This document shows, one piece after another, positions 1-8,001 of a stretch of DNA of 41,797 bases. Where the stretch lies: positions 1-41,797 of the forward strand of contig JBKBRF010000054.1 in assembly GCA_046292385.1 (NCBI GenBank), read 5' to 3'. This DNA comes from Armatimonadota bacterium (GTDB taxonomy: Bacteria > Armatimonadota > SYMT01). The notes below the pieces were generated by a model, which searched no databases, was not told the origin of the DNA, and worked only from the letters and a program-made list of their open reading frames with translations. Positions within the stretch are counted from its first letter, which is position 1. Each line of letters starts with the position of its first letter. The position numbers were made by a program, and so were the translations under genes.

Positions 1-1
1 G

Positions 2-127
2 ATGTACCAAGAGAGCCCCGAATCCTGGACCGACACCCTGTTCTGGGGCGTCACGATCGTGATCGCGCTGCTGGTGATCGGCATGCCGATGGCAGTCTAC
101 TTCCACTGGCTGCCGCTGCCGGGGTAG
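2..127 (+). CDS. small membrane protein, or C-terminal end of a CDS entering the window (MYQESPESWTDTLFWGVTIVIALLVIGMPMAVYFHWLPLPG)
   Basis: Manual translation from position 2 to TAG at 125-127; one clear hydrophobic helix; GC3-rich codons; may be 5'-truncated. Confidence 0.6.
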   Translation: MYQESPESWTDTLFWGVTIVIALLVIGMPMAVYFHWLPLPG

Positions 128-139
128 CGCGTCTACCGC

Positions 140-364
140 TCAGAAGTCGCTCTCGGCGTCCTCCGGGGCGCCGATGAGCGCGATCCGGAGCCGCTCCGCG
201 CGGCGCTCGCAGCCGTAGCAGAGCCAGCGGACCGGCTGCTCCTGGCGGCTGCCGTCCTGCATTCGGAACGGGTAGGAGGTCTCGCTGCGCCGCCACTGCC
301 GCAGCGTGCCGCGCAGGCTCAAGTGGCGTCCACAGACGCCGCACTGCGGAGAAGGAATCCTCAT
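140..364 (-). CDS. small protein with two CxxC motifs (putative zinc ribbon), 74 aa
   Basis: ATG at 364 preceded by GGAGGGG RBS; CGVC and CYGC motifs. Confidence 0.6.
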   Translation of the reverse strand: MRIPSPQCGVCGRHLSLRGTLRQWRRSETSYPFRMQDGSRQEQPVRWLCYGCERRAERLRIALIGAPEDAESDF

Positions 365-590
365 CCGGTCTGTTTCCCCTCCCCACGCACGGCCCAGCCC
401 CCCAGGTTTTCGCCGGATCGGTCCACTCTCGCGCCTCCGAGCACTCGCCGGATGCGGTGGGTCTTGCGCGCGGTGGAGTCGCCGGCTAAGTATAGCTGTC
501 CCGAACGGCATCCCCTCATTACTCAGCCGCTGCGGCCGGCTCTCTCCGACGCTCAGCGCCGCCCGACCTGCGTGGGACCTGCCTCGCTCG

Positions 591-1445
591 ATGAATACCG
601 TCACCGCCTACCGAATCCGCACCCTGGGAAGCCGGGACCCGTCCGAGCTCGGCACCACCTACCGGCTCGACCTCCCCGCGCGCGACCCGCAGCGGCCGTG
701 TCAGGTCGAGCCGGTGCTGGTGTGGCTCGCCCCGGGTGTGCGAGTCGACTGGAGCACCACCACGGAGCGCCGCCTCTACCTGCGGAACGAGCCGGAGGGC
801 TTGACGGTCCTGGACGCGATGGCGCGTGGCTGGGCCAGCCTGCTCCCCCAGCCGGCGGGCCAGGGGTTCCAGCTTGGAGAGCGAGCTTCGTTCCGGATGG
901 AGCTCTCGCCGGAGAGCCGCGAGGCACTCGCCCGGCTGATCACCGGACAGAGCGGAGACGGCCCGCGGGAGAGCGTGGAGATTTACCACAAGGAAACCGG
1001 GGAGCTGCTCTTTTCCGTCAAAGCGTCCCGGCTCGCGGGAGCCAACCTGCGCGGGGAGAGCCTGGCGGGAGCCGACTTCCGCGGCGCGGACCTCACCGAC
1101 TCCCTCCTCACCGAGGCGAAGCTGAACGGCGCGGCGCTCGAGAAGGCGACGCTCTTCCAGGCGGCATTGGACGAAGCCGATCTCTCCGGAGCCGATCTCC
1201 GGCATGCCGACATCCAGGGCGCCAGCCTGCGCCGGGCCTGCCTGGTGAGGGCGAACCTGACCGGCGTGGACCTGCGCGGCGCGATCCTGAGCGGTGCGGA
1301 CCTGCGCGGCGCGGTGCTGGTGGGAAGCAACCTGCGCGGCATTCACCTGCAGGACGCGATCTACGACGGCACCACCGAGTGGCCCGCCGGCTACGTACCG
1401 GAGGCGCGCGGCTGCCGCCTGGTGCAGGCCGCGCCGGCGCAGTAA
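591..1445 (+). CDS. pentapeptide repeat protein with an uncharacterised N-terminal domain
   Basis: Runs of A(D/N)LxG pentapeptides (ANLRG, ADFRG, ADLSG, ADLRG) with typical YDxxTxWP cap; ATG 591 chosen as start. Confidence 0.85.
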   Translation: MNTVTAYRIRTLGSRDPSELGTTYRLDLPARDPQRPCQVEPVLVWLAPGVRVDWSTTTERRLYLRNEPEGLTVLDAMARGWASLLPQPAGQGFQLGERASFRMELSPESREALARLITGQSGDGPRESVEIYHKETGELLFSVKASRLAGANLRGESLAGADFRGADLTDSLLTEAKLNGAALEKATLFQAALDEADLSGADLRHADIQGASLRRACLVRANLTGVDLRGAILSGADLRGAVLVGSNLRGIHLQDAIYDGTTEWPAGYVPEARGCRLVQAAPAQ

Positions 1446-1471
1446 CTCGCCGGAGCCCGTGGGAGTTTCCT

Positions 1472-1557
1472 GGTTGCAGGTTGGCAGGTTAACCGGTTGC
1501 AGGTTGAGACCATCCGAAACCAAGCGTCGGAACCTGCAACCTGAAAATCTGCTAACC
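1472..1557. repeat. intergenic element A: GGTTGCA-type tandem repeats / CCGA..TCGG core / inverted AACCTGC repeats
   Basis: ggttgca ggttggca ggttaacc ggttgca ggtt ... CCGAaaccaagcgTCGG aacctgcaacctgaaaatctgctaacc; lies between convergent genes. Confidence 0.75.
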
Positions 1558-1574
1558 CGCCACCAGAGCCGCGG

Positions 1575-2663
1575 TTACCGTCCGAAGCGGCGCGAGTAGC
1601 TGAAGAGCACCACGTAGTCCGCCATCGTGGCATCTTCCCGCCGCAGCGACGCCGGGTTGTCCTGCACGTTGCGGTGCACCGTGACCGGCACGCTCAGCGC
1701 GAAGGTCGACTTCCCCTTGCTGTAGATCAGGCCCGGCTCGATAAAGATCGCGTAGCCGGGACGCCGGAAGCCGTTCGAATCGCCCACCAGGTCGGTCGGC
1801 GGGATCCCCTCGATACGTGCCGCCAGCGTGGCGGAGAGGGACTGCTTCTTGTTTACCGGCATGGCGACTCCCACCCGCCCGATGTACTGGTCCGGCACGG
1901 AGTTCACCAGCTCGCCGGCGAAGAGCGGGTTCGCGCCGAGCCCCAGTCCCTGGATCAGCGACGGGGTGTTGTTGGTATCCCGCGGGTTGATCAGGTAGGT
2001 TCCCGAGGCGAAGAACGTCAGCTTCCCGATCGCCTTGAAGCCCTGGAAGTCGAGCACCACGCCGAAACCGCCGTCGCCCGGCTGGATCGACTGGTCGATT
2101 GCTTTCACGGTGCGGTTCGCCCCGGTGAAATCGCGATAGTCGTCCCGCGCGTCCGGGTTGCCGGTGGGAAACTTGAACCCGATTCCCAGCGACGCGTTCT
2201 GGTCCGTGTGCCGCTCGGTGTCGAGCACCCAGCGCCGGAGGACGAGGCTGATGTCCCCCAGTCCCTTCCCGCGCATCACGTCGCGCGTGCCGGTCGCCGG
2301 GTCCGGCGGCAGCAGCAGGGAGAAGCCGGTGTAGACGAACGGGATGCTCAGGGTGGCATTCGTCCTCCGGTCGATCGCGTAGGTGGCGGCGAGGTCGAGC
2401 AGGTGCTGGCTATTGACCACGCCCGAGCGGATCTCGTGGTTCTTGCGGATGCCGGTGTAGTGCTGCTCCGCCTTGAGGGTGCGGTAGCCGAGCGAGAGCT
2501 GCCACTCCGAGGGTTCCAGATAGGGGCTTTTGGACGCGCCAAGCACGGGCGCGCTCTGTCGGGCGAGGATTCAGCCCTGGGCGTGCGCGTGGCGCTCGGT
2601 CGCGACCAGCCCCACGGCCGCGAGCGCCACTGCGAGCAGGCGGCGGAATGATGAGTGCTCCAT
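1575..2663 (-). CDS. exported outer-membrane beta-barrel ('transporter'-type) protein with in-frame UGA at codon 31; probable selenoprotein, 362 aa
   Basis: RBS AAGGAG; ATG 2663; signal peptide MEHSSFRRLLAVALAAVGLVATERHAHA|QG; TGA at 2573-2571 in frame with ORF 2546..1575; amphipathic beta strands and C-terminal YSRRF; downstream SECIS-like hairpin. Confidence 0.75.
2534..2554 (-). promoter_or_regulatory. putative bacterial SECIS element
   Basis: mRNA reads UGA-N16-GCGCGCC-[CGUGCUU]-GGCGCGU: 7-bp stem, 7-nt loop with G (then U) at loop position 2, loop 23 nt after UGA. Confidence 0.65.
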
Positions 2664-2882
2664 GTCTTCTCTCCTTCAACTCTCTCTCGGCGCCCGGCTC
2701 CCTACCGGACAGGCGCCGCGGAGTTGTTGAGAGCCGCCAGGGGTCCGCCCCTGCCGCCGCCGGCTGAAAAGCTGTTAAGCAGGCGGCGGCCAGCCACGGA
2801 GAGCCGGGGAGCTTAGGGGGTTTTCAGGTTTCGGGTCCCGCGGTTGCCAGGAGCCCGGCGACGGGCTCGGCGACGAGCGCCG

Positions 2883-3104
2883 TCAGCCCGGGTTCTCGGT
2901 CTCTTCCTCGCCGTTGGCCGGGCGGATGGCGCCGGGGCGCTCCCCCGGGTCCGGGACCGGGATCTCGCTCCGCTGGCCGTAGTGCGGCGGGGTGAGCCGC
3001 TCCAGCGTCTCTACCGTTACCGGCGTCTCCCGGCTGCGCTGCAGCTCGTCCAGCTCCGGCGTTCCCTGCAGTCCGGGGGTATTGTCTGGGGCTACGCTGC
3101 TCAT
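2883..3104 (-). CDS. small acidic, Pro-rich, probably disordered protein (73 aa)
   Basis: Strong RBS GGAGGTGGAGG before ATG; divergent from arc. Confidence 0.65.
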   Translation of the reverse strand: MSSVAPDNTPGLQGTPELDELQRSRETPVTVETLERLTPPHYGQRSEIPVPDPGERPGAIRPANGEEETENPG

Positions 3105-3275
3105 CCTCCACCTCCGCCGGTCGACCTCGTCCCGACGCCGTTACCGGTTCATACCCGTCCCGGAGCGGGCCAGAACAACGAATCCGGACCAGCCGGTATA
3201 ATGGGCTAACGGCGCTCCCGTGCGGGACGCCCCTGTCCATTCGATGCTATTGATCCGATAGATAGAGGTTTATTC

Positions 3276-5006
3276 GTGCCTGCACGCGACGATTTCCGGG
3301 AGCATTCCCCGCAAGATCCCCGCGGCTTCGGAACGGACGACGATGGTCCGCGCGTTCCGGAGACCGCTTACCGCGCCGTCACGCTGGTCGACCGCATTCT
3401 CGGCATGCTCCGCACCGAGGAGCCGCGCGTGGTGAACCACCTGCTGCTGCTCCGGCACCAGCTTGAGGTGGACGAGCAGCAGTTCGAGGAGGCGCAGAAG
3501 CTGCTGGCGGAGTACGAGGAGGCCTACCAGAAGCTCACCTCCCCGGCCAACCGGATCGGCACCTACCTGGGGCGGACCGAGAACGGCAGCGCCCGGGTGA
3601 CGCTGGGCGAGCAGGAGTACCTGTGCTCCCTCGATCCGAAGCTGGAGAAGGCGGAGCTGCGGGTCGGAACCCGGGTGGCGCTGAACGACGCCTACGCGGT
3701 GGTCGGCGACCTCGGCGAGTGGGCGAACGGCGCGATCGTGAAGATCACGGAGGTGCTCTCCGGCGGGCGGCTGCGCGTGTCGCTTGACGCCGCCGGCAGC
3801 TCCGGCCGGGTGATCGAGCCGTCGCCCGCGCTCGGGGACTCGGCCCTGAAGGCGGGCGACGAGGTGCGCGTGGAGCCGAGCTTCCGCGTGGCGCTGGAGC
3901 ACTTCCCGCACCAGGAGGCGCGCGACTTCTACCTGGAAGAGGTGCCGGAGATCCCGTGGGAGCGGATCGGCGGCCAGGAAGAGGCGATCCGGGTGATCCG
4001 AGATGCGATCGAGCACCCGCTCCTCTACCCGGAGCTGTACGAGCGCTTCGAGAAGAAGCCGCTGAAGGGGATCCTGCTCTTCGGCCCTCCCGGCTGCGGC
4101 AAGACGCTGATCGGCAAGGCGACCGCCTACAACCTGACTCGGGAGTACAGCGAGCGGGTGGGCCGGAACGTGGAGGAGTACTTCATGTTCATCAACGGCC
4201 CCAAGATCCTGAACATGTGGCTCGGCGAGAGCGAGCGGATGGTCCGCGAGATCTTCGCCCAGGCCCGGGAGAAGGCGAAGGAAGGTCGGCTGGTCTTCAT
4301 CTTCATCGACGAGGCGGAGGCGATCCTGCGGACCCGCAGCAGCGGCCGCTACCTGAACATCGCCAACACCGTGGTGCCGCAGTTCGCCGCGGAGATGGAC
4401 GGCCTGGTGAGCATGGAGAACGTGGTGGTGATGCTCACCTCCAACCGGCCGGACTACATCGACCCGGCGATCCTGCGCCCGGAGCGGATCGACCGCAAGG
4501 TGAAGGTGACCCGGCCGGACCGCAAGGCCGCCCGGGAGATCCTCGGCATCTACCTGCACGACCGCATCCCGCTCGACCCGGCCGCCGTCCTGCAGCACGA
4601 GAGCCCGGAGGCGGCGCGCGAGGCGATGATCGAGGGCGCCTTGCAGTTCCTCTTCCAGCGGACGGAAGAAACGGAGTTCCTGGAGGTCCACCTCCGCAAC
4701 GGCAGCGTGGAGCGGCTCTACTGGCGCGACCTCGTCTCCGGCGCGCTGCTGCGCAGCGTGGTGGAGCGGGCGAAAGACTTCGCCATCAAGCGCGCCATCG
4801 CCAGCGGAGACTTCGAGCAGGGCGTGAACCTGGAAGACCTGCGGAAGGCGCTCCGCGTGGAGTACCGGGAGAACGAGATCTTCCCCAAGACCGACACCCA
4901 GGAAGACTGGCTGAAGCTGCTCGACTACGAGCCGGAGAACGTCGTCACCCTGCGCCCGATCCGCCGCGACCGTCCGGAGCAGCCGGTCCGGCGCAGTATC
5001 GTGTAA
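3276..5006 (+). CDS. arc: proteasome-associated AAA+ ATPase (ARC/Mpa family)
   Basis: N-terminal coiled coil, OB-fold interdomain (RVALNDAYAVV), Walker A GPPGCGKT, Walker B FIFIDE, SRH NRPDYIDPAILRPERIDRK, ARC-specific LEVHLRNG...DLVSGA region. Confidence 0.92.
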   Translation: MPARDDFREHSPQDPRGFGTDDDGPRVPETAYRAVTLVDRILGMLRTEEPRVVNHLLLLRHQLEVDEQQFEEAQKLLAEYEEAYQKLTSPANRIGTYLGRTENGSARVTLGEQEYLCSLDPKLEKAELRVGTRVALNDAYAVVGDLGEWANGAIVKITEVLSGGRLRVSLDAAGSSGRVIEPSPALGDSALKAGDEVRVEPSFRVALEHFPHQEARDFYLEEVPEIPWERIGGQEEAIRVIRDAIEHPLLYPELYERFEKKPLKGILLFGPPGCGKTLIGKATAYNLTREYSERVGRNVEEYFMFINGPKILNMWLGESERMVREIFAQAREKAKEGRLVFIFIDEAEAILRTRSSGRYLNIANTVVPQFAAEMDGLVSMENVVVMLTSNRPDYIDPAILRPERIDRKVKVTRPDRKAAREILGIYLHDRIPLDPAAVLQHESPEAAREAMIEGALQFLFQRTEETEFLEVHLRNGSVERLYWRDLVSGALLRSVVERAKDFAIKRAIASGDFEQGVNLEDLRKALRVEYRENEIFPKTDTQEDWLKLLDYEPENVVTLRPIRRDRPEQPVRRSIV

Positions 5007-5037
5007 ATCCCAGGACCTCTCCCCAGGAGTCCCGCAA

Positions 5038-5088
5038 GACCCGGGCCGGACGCGCGCTCACCCCGCCGTCCGGCCCGGGTCGTTTGTT
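5038..5088 (+). terminator. rho-independent terminator after arc
   Basis: 15-bp stem gacccgggccggacg/cgtccggcccgggtc followed by gtttgtt. Confidence 0.7.
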
Positions 5089-5204
5089 CATCCCGCGGCG
5101 CCGCCGACGCCCCGACGCGCGCCCTCCGAGCAAAGAGCCGTTTGAGGGGTAAGGCCATCGGGTAACACCCGGAAACAGCCCGGCGAGCGACGTGGGAGGT
5201 CCCG

Positions 5205-5996
5205 ATGTTCCGCTCTGTGCTGATCTGCCACCAGGGGTACCTGCTGGACCAGGAGGGGGTGAGCCGCTGGCTCGGCAGCTTCAGCGACCTCGTGGGGGTG
5301 GTCCTGCTGGAGGAGGGCGCCCAGCGGACGCGGCAGCGGATCGGGCGCGAGATCCGGCGCAGCGGCGTGCTCGGGTTCCTGGACGTCCTGGCGTTCCGAG
5401 CCTACTACCGCGCATTCCTGGCGTCCCGCGACCGGCAGTGGGAGCGCGCGGTCGTCTCCGATCTGCGCGCGCGGTTCTCTCACGTGCCGCCCTGCGCCAA
5501 CGTCCTCCGCACCGATTCCGTCAACAGCGCGGAGTGCGTCGACTTCTTGCGGGGGTGCCGGCCCGATTTCGCGATCGCGCGGTGTAAGACCCTGCTCCGG
5601 CCGGAGGTCTTTTCCGTTCCGGCCCGGGGCACCTACGTGCTGCATCCGGGGATCTGCCCCGAGTACCGCAACGCCCACGGCTGCTTCTGGGCGCTCGCGC
5701 AGCGCGACACGGAGCGAGTCGGGCTCACGCTGCTGCGGATCGACCACGGCGTCGATACCGGCCCGGTCTACGGTTACTTCGGCTACCCCTTCGATGAGCG
5801 GCGCGAAAGCCACGTGGTAGTCCAGCAGCGGGTCCTGGTCGACAACCTCGACCCGATCCGGGACCGGCTGCTCGCCGCGGTCTCCGGGCAAGCGGAGCCG
5901 GTCGACACGAGCGGACGTCCGAGCCGCGCCTGGGGGCAGCCCTGGCTCACGGCGTACCTGCGGTGGAAGCTCGCCGCACGAAAGGGGGTGCCATGA
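5205..5996 (+). CDS. formyltransferase family protein (Formyl_trans_N-like)
   Basis: HPGICPEYRNAHG and GLTLLRIDHGVDTGPV motifs; RBS GGGAGG. Confidence 0.85.
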   Translation: MFRSVLICHQGYLLDQEGVSRWLGSFSDLVGVVLLEEGAQRTRQRIGREIRRSGVLGFLDVLAFRAYYRAFLASRDRQWERAVVSDLRARFSHVPPCANVLRTDSVNSAECVDFLRGCRPDFAIARCKTLLRPEVFSVPARGTYVLHPGICPEYRNAHGCFWALAQRDTERVGLTLLRIDHGVDTGPVYGYFGYPFDERRESHVVVQQRVLVDNLDPIRDRLLAAVSGQAEPVDTSGRPSRAWGQPWLTAYLRWKLAARKGVP

Positions 5997-6790
5997 CCGT
6001 CCCGACCCTTCTTTACCACGACGTCATCACGAGCGACGACTGGACGGAGAGCGGCTTCAACGAGTTCAACGCCGAGATCTACAAGCTGCGGGAGCAGGCG
6101 TTCGTCGCCCACCTGGAGCGGCTCCGCGCGCTGGGAACCGCTCCGGTCCTGCTGGGCGAGGTGGCCGCGCGCGGGAGCTGGCGCCTCACGTTCGATGACG
6201 GTGGGGTGAGCGCCGCGACCGTGGTGGCGCCGATGCTGGACCGGCTCGGCTGGAGCGCGTTCCTCTTCGTGGCGACCGGGCGGATCGGCACGCCGGGATT
6301 CCTCGACGAGCGGCAGATCCGCGAGCTTGCCGCGCGCGGCCACGTGATCGGGAGCCACACCGCCAATCACCCGATGCCGATGTCAGCCTGCTCGCTGGAG
6401 CGGCTGCGCCGGGAATGGCTCGAGAGCGTGGACACCCTGGCGCCGATCCTCGGGAAGCGGCCGGAGACCGCCTCCATCCCGGGCGGCGCGCTCACCCCCG
6501 CCGTAGCCCAGGCCGCGGCGGAGGCCGGCATCCGCTACCTCTTCACCTCGGAGCCGGTCGCCCGGACCTGGAGCTTCCACGGGGTCACCTGTATCGGCAG
6601 GTACACGCTCTGGCGCGGGATGAATCCCTCGGTCGCCGCGGCGTGCGCGCGCGGGCGCGGCATCTGGCCGGTGCGGCAGCGCCTTACCTGGGCCACGAAG
6701 AAGGTCGCCAAGCGCTACCTCGGCACCACGTACCTCGCCGTACGCGAGCGCGTCCTGGGCGGCGCCGGGCACACGGTACCGGGAGCATAG
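5993..6790 (+). CDS. polysaccharide deacetylase (NodB/CE4 family)
   Basis: LLYHD, LTFDDG and IGSHTANH motifs; ATGA overlap with upstream stop. Confidence 0.9.
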   Translation: MTVPTLLYHDVITSDDWTESGFNEFNAEIYKLREQAFVAHLERLRALGTAPVLLGEVAARGSWRLTFDDGGVSAATVVAPMLDRLGWSAFLFVATGRIGTPGFLDERQIRELAARGHVIGSHTANHPMPMSACSLERLRREWLESVDTLAPILGKRPETASIPGGALTPAVAQAAAEAGIRYLFTSEPVARTWSFHGVTCIGRYTLWRGMNPSVAAACARGRGIWPVRQRLTWATKKVAKRYLGTTYLAVRERVLGGAGHTVPGA

Positions 6791-6807
6791 CCCCGGTTGG
6801 CCGCTCC

Positions 6808-6847
6808 GTGAGTGGGAGCCGCCCAGGAGAATGCGGCTCCCACTCAC
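6808..6847. terminator. hairpin after deacetylase gene (likely terminator)
   Basis: 15-bp perfect stem gtgagtgggagccgc/gcggctcccactcac. Confidence 0.6.
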
Positions 6848-7125
6848 GCACTTTCCCCTCGGTGTCTCATCGCATCGCCCGGGTCGAAGCGGGGCCGATC
6901 CGTGTGACTCGGCTCGCCTCTCGGCATCTCTTCCGCGGATCCACGCACTACCCGGTCGCACAAGCGCTGGTCCTGGCGTACGGCCCGGTTTTATTCCGGC
7001 GGATCACCAGCGGGTTTCGTATGCTGCTGACGGCGGCGGAGCGGTAGCTCCAGGCCCGGTGCGCCCAAACAGGCCCCAGCAGCACAGGCGAGCAACCAAA
7101 CGTGGGGTGTAGGGGAGGTGGATTG

Positions 7126-7491
7126 GTGGAGTATCACTGCGTCCGAGGGGCTGTGGAAGCGCTCGAAGAGGCCAACGGCGTTGGAGAGTGCGCCTGGCAG
7201 TGGATGGCCTACCGCATGGAGGACCGGCGGCTCGTGCTCACCACCAGCAATACTTTTCCGCGCAAGCTGTTCCTAATCTTCCACGATCCCGTTCACCTGC
7301 GTCTTCAGGGCTGGATGGAGGTTCGCAGGTTCGAAGTGGCCAGGGCACCCGTGCGCGGGATCGAGCCAGAACTGCCCGAGACCGCGCAGCCTCCCGTTCT
7401 GACGGTGCTGCTCACCGGGCCTGAGGCCACCTTCTCGATTGGCTGCCGGGATCTGTCGTTGTATGAATGGCTGGGTGAGCGCCGCTCATGA
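7126..7491 (+). CDS. hypothetical protein (possible immunity-protein-like)
   Basis: RBS GGAGGTG before TTG/GTG; ATGA overlap with next gene; less GC-biased codons. Confidence 0.6.
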   Translation: MEYHCVRGAVEALEEANGVGECAWQWMAYRMEDRRLVLTTSNTFPRKLFLIFHDPVHLRLQGWMEVRRFEVARAPVRGIEPELPETAQPPVLTVLLTGPEATFSIGCRDLSLYEWLGERRS

Positions 7492-7961
7492 TGTACGACC
7501 CCGACACCAGAATCTCGGAGTTTTCCCACCTCTTCCCGCTCTTCGCGGGGGCTGACCTGGAGCTATGGGGTTATGGCTGGTCACACCTGGAGCTGCACCT
7601 CCTCGCCAGCCTGACCAGCGGAGAGAAAGCTGACCTCTGCTTCCTGCACACCTACTTCGTCGACTGCCCGATACAGATGCGGAACGCGCGCCTGCGGATG
7701 CCCACCGCGGAGGAGACCGCGCAGTGGGCATCCGAGTGGCCCGAGAGCATCACCAGCCTGCTCTTCGACCGCTCCTGGGAGAAGATCGGCTGGGGCCGGC
7801 CGGCGGATCACTGTCAGCTGATCATCGAGTCTGAGTCCGGTCTGCACCGGGTGATTGCCGGCCAGCTCTTTCTCACCTGGGGTGCCGAGCCGAAGCGGCG
7901 GTTCATGGACGCGACGCTTGAGGAGCTGTGGCCCGGCGGGCCCTCACTCTCCGAATTGTAG
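7488..7961 (+). CDS. hypothetical protein (possible immunity-protein-like)
   Basis: Translationally coupled; WGYxxSHxxLxL...LCF..YFVDCP pattern. Confidence 0.7.
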   Translation: MMYDPDTRISEFSHLFPLFAGADLELWGYGWSHLELHLLASLTSGEKADLCFLHTYFVDCPIQMRNARLRMPTAEETAQWASEWPESITSLLFDRSWEKIGWGRPADHCQLIIESESGLHRVIAGQLFLTWGAEPKRRFMDATLEELWPGGPSLSEL

Positions 7962-8001
7962 AGCCGACGTTGAGGGCGAACGCACGGCCGAGGGCGTGGG
8001 C

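Noticed and set aside
2571..2573. Genome-wide UGA reassignment (code 4 or 25)
   Set aside because: TGA terminates many clear genes here (e.g. at 5996, 10147, 19837, 24037, 27090)
2883..3104. Pup/UBact modifier next to arc
   Set aside because: Ends in NPG, without the C-terminal G(G)E/Q needed for ligation; no pafA or dop nearby
6850..7110. Toxin C-terminal remnant upstream of the immunity-like genes
   Set aside because: No recognisable nuclease or toxin motif in any frame
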